DNA from: Balanoglossus misakiensis | Taxonomy: Eukaryota; Animalia; Hemichordata | Length of the DNA: 64,000 nt | Direction of reading: 5' to 3' | NCBI GenBank assembly: GCA_040954595.2 | Contig: CM082583.2 | Coordinates: forward strand, 13,421,864 to 13,485,863 | Part shown: positions 62,801-64,000 of the stretch, in pieces | Position numbering within the stretch: position 1 is the stretch's first letter | Layout of the letters: every line of letters starts with the position of its first letter | Notes under the pieces: generated by a model | What the model was told of the DNA's origin: nothing | The model's database searches: none | Seen by the model: only the letters and a program-made list of their open reading frames with translations | Translations under genes and position numbers: made by a program

Positions 62801-64000
62801 CATTTTCCTGAGCTATAACCCATGGTTTTTTCAAAAAATGACCAAATTTTGAAAATTCGCAAAGTCGAAAAATCCTCGATTTTTGAACATTTTCCTGAGC
62901 TATAACCCATGGTTTTTTCAAAAAATGACCAAATTTTGAAAATTCGCAAAGTCGAAAAATCCTCGATTTTTGAACATTTTCCTGAGCTATAACCCATGGT
63001 TTTTTCAAAAAATGACCAAATTTTGAAAATTCGCAAAGTCGAAAAATCCTCGATTTTTGAACATTTTCCTGAGCTATAACCCATGGTTTTTTCAAAAAAT
63101 GACCAAATTTTGAAAATTCGCAAAGTCGAAAAATCCTCGATTTTTGAACATTTTCCTGAGCTATAACCCATGGTTTTTTCAAAAAATGACCAAATTTTGA
63201 AAATTCGCAAAGTCGAAAAATCCTCGATTTTTGAACATTTTCCTGAGCTATAACCCATGGTTTTTTCAAAAAATGACCAAATTTTGAAAATTCGCAAAGT
63301 CGAAAAATCCTCGATTTTTGAACATTTTCCTGAGCTATAACCCATGGTGTTTTCAAAAAATGACCAAATTTTGAAAATTCGCAAAGTCGAAAAATCCTCG
63401 ATTTTTGAACATTTTCCTGAGCTATAACCCATGGTTTTTTCAAAAAATGACCAAATTTTGAAAATTCGCAAAGTCGAAAAATCCTCGATTTTTGAACATT
63501 TTCCTGAGCTATAACCCATGGTTTTTTCAAAAAATGACCAAATTTTGAAAATTCGCAAAGTCGAAAAATCCTCGATTTTTGAACATTTTCCTGAGCTATA
63601 ACCCATGGTTTTTTCAAAAAATGACCAAATTTTGAAAATTCGCAAAGTCGAAAAATCCTCGATTTTTGAACATTTTCCTGAGCTATAACCCATGGTTTTT
63701 TCAAAAAATGACCAAATTTTGAAAATTCGCAAAGTCGAAAAATCCTCGATTTTTGAACATTTTCCTGAGCTATAACCCATGGTTTTTTCAAAAAATGACC
63801 AAATTTTGAAAATTCGCAAAGTCGAAAAATCCTCGATTTTTGAACATTTTCCTGAGCTATAACCCATGGTTTTTTCAAAAAATGACCAAATTTTGAAAAT
63901 TCGCAAAGTCGAAAAATCCTCGATTTTTGAACATTTTCCTGAGCTATAACCCATGGTTTTTTCAAAAAATGACCAAATTTTGAAAATTCGCAAAGTCGAA
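59847..64000 (-). repeat. 87-bp tandem satellite array, ~48 nearly identical units, continues past the window end
   Basis: Plus-strand unit: CCTGAGCTATAACCCATGGTTTTTTCAAAAAATGACCAAATTTTGAAAATTCGCAAAGTCGAAAAATCCTCGATTTTTGAACATTTT. It produces a 29-aa periodicity in the ORF track. Confidence 0.98.

Noticed and set aside
59589-63993. Long ORFs (up to 925 aa) of 29-aa repeats KKPWVIAQENVQK.../KTMGYSSGKCSK...
   Set aside because: Artefact of an 87-bp (3x29) satellite unit that lacks stops in two frames. Frames switch at homopolymer indels, and there is no synonymous-site variation or gene context.
59482-64000. CRISPR-like array
   Set aside because: Units are contiguous and near-identical with no unique spacers; the context is eukaryotic and there are no cas genes.

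Overview
Eukaryotic (metazoan) genomic DNA: AT-rich, with GT-AG introns, probably from a marine invertebrate deuterostome. The species cannot be fixed from sequence alone. The window holds two complete, divergently transcribed genes whose start codons are separated by only ~590 bp inside a CpG-rich region. On the - strand is a basonuclin/disco-family C2H2 zinc-finger gene (BNC2-like; 4 coding exons, 30727->7190, ~1104 aa, three finger pairs, probably with a multi-kb 3' UTR towards position 1). On the + strand is centlein (CNTLN-like; 34 phase-consistent coding exons reconstructed by hand, 31317->58707, ~1294 aa coiled coil). This is the same head-to-head BNC2-CNTLN neighbourhood found on human 9p22, here compressed onto one apparent bidirectional promoter. 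About 775 bp after the centlein stop an 87-bp satellite starts, switches orientation once at ~59846/59847 (a spacer-less inverted repeat), and runs to the window end; it explains all the long ORFs after 59.5 kb. Also present are two tiny TIR elements (MITE-like), a few microsatellites, candidate alternative BNC exons and a candidate intronic RNA structure. Exon models and orthology calls are manual and rest on recalled protein motifs; no searches were run.
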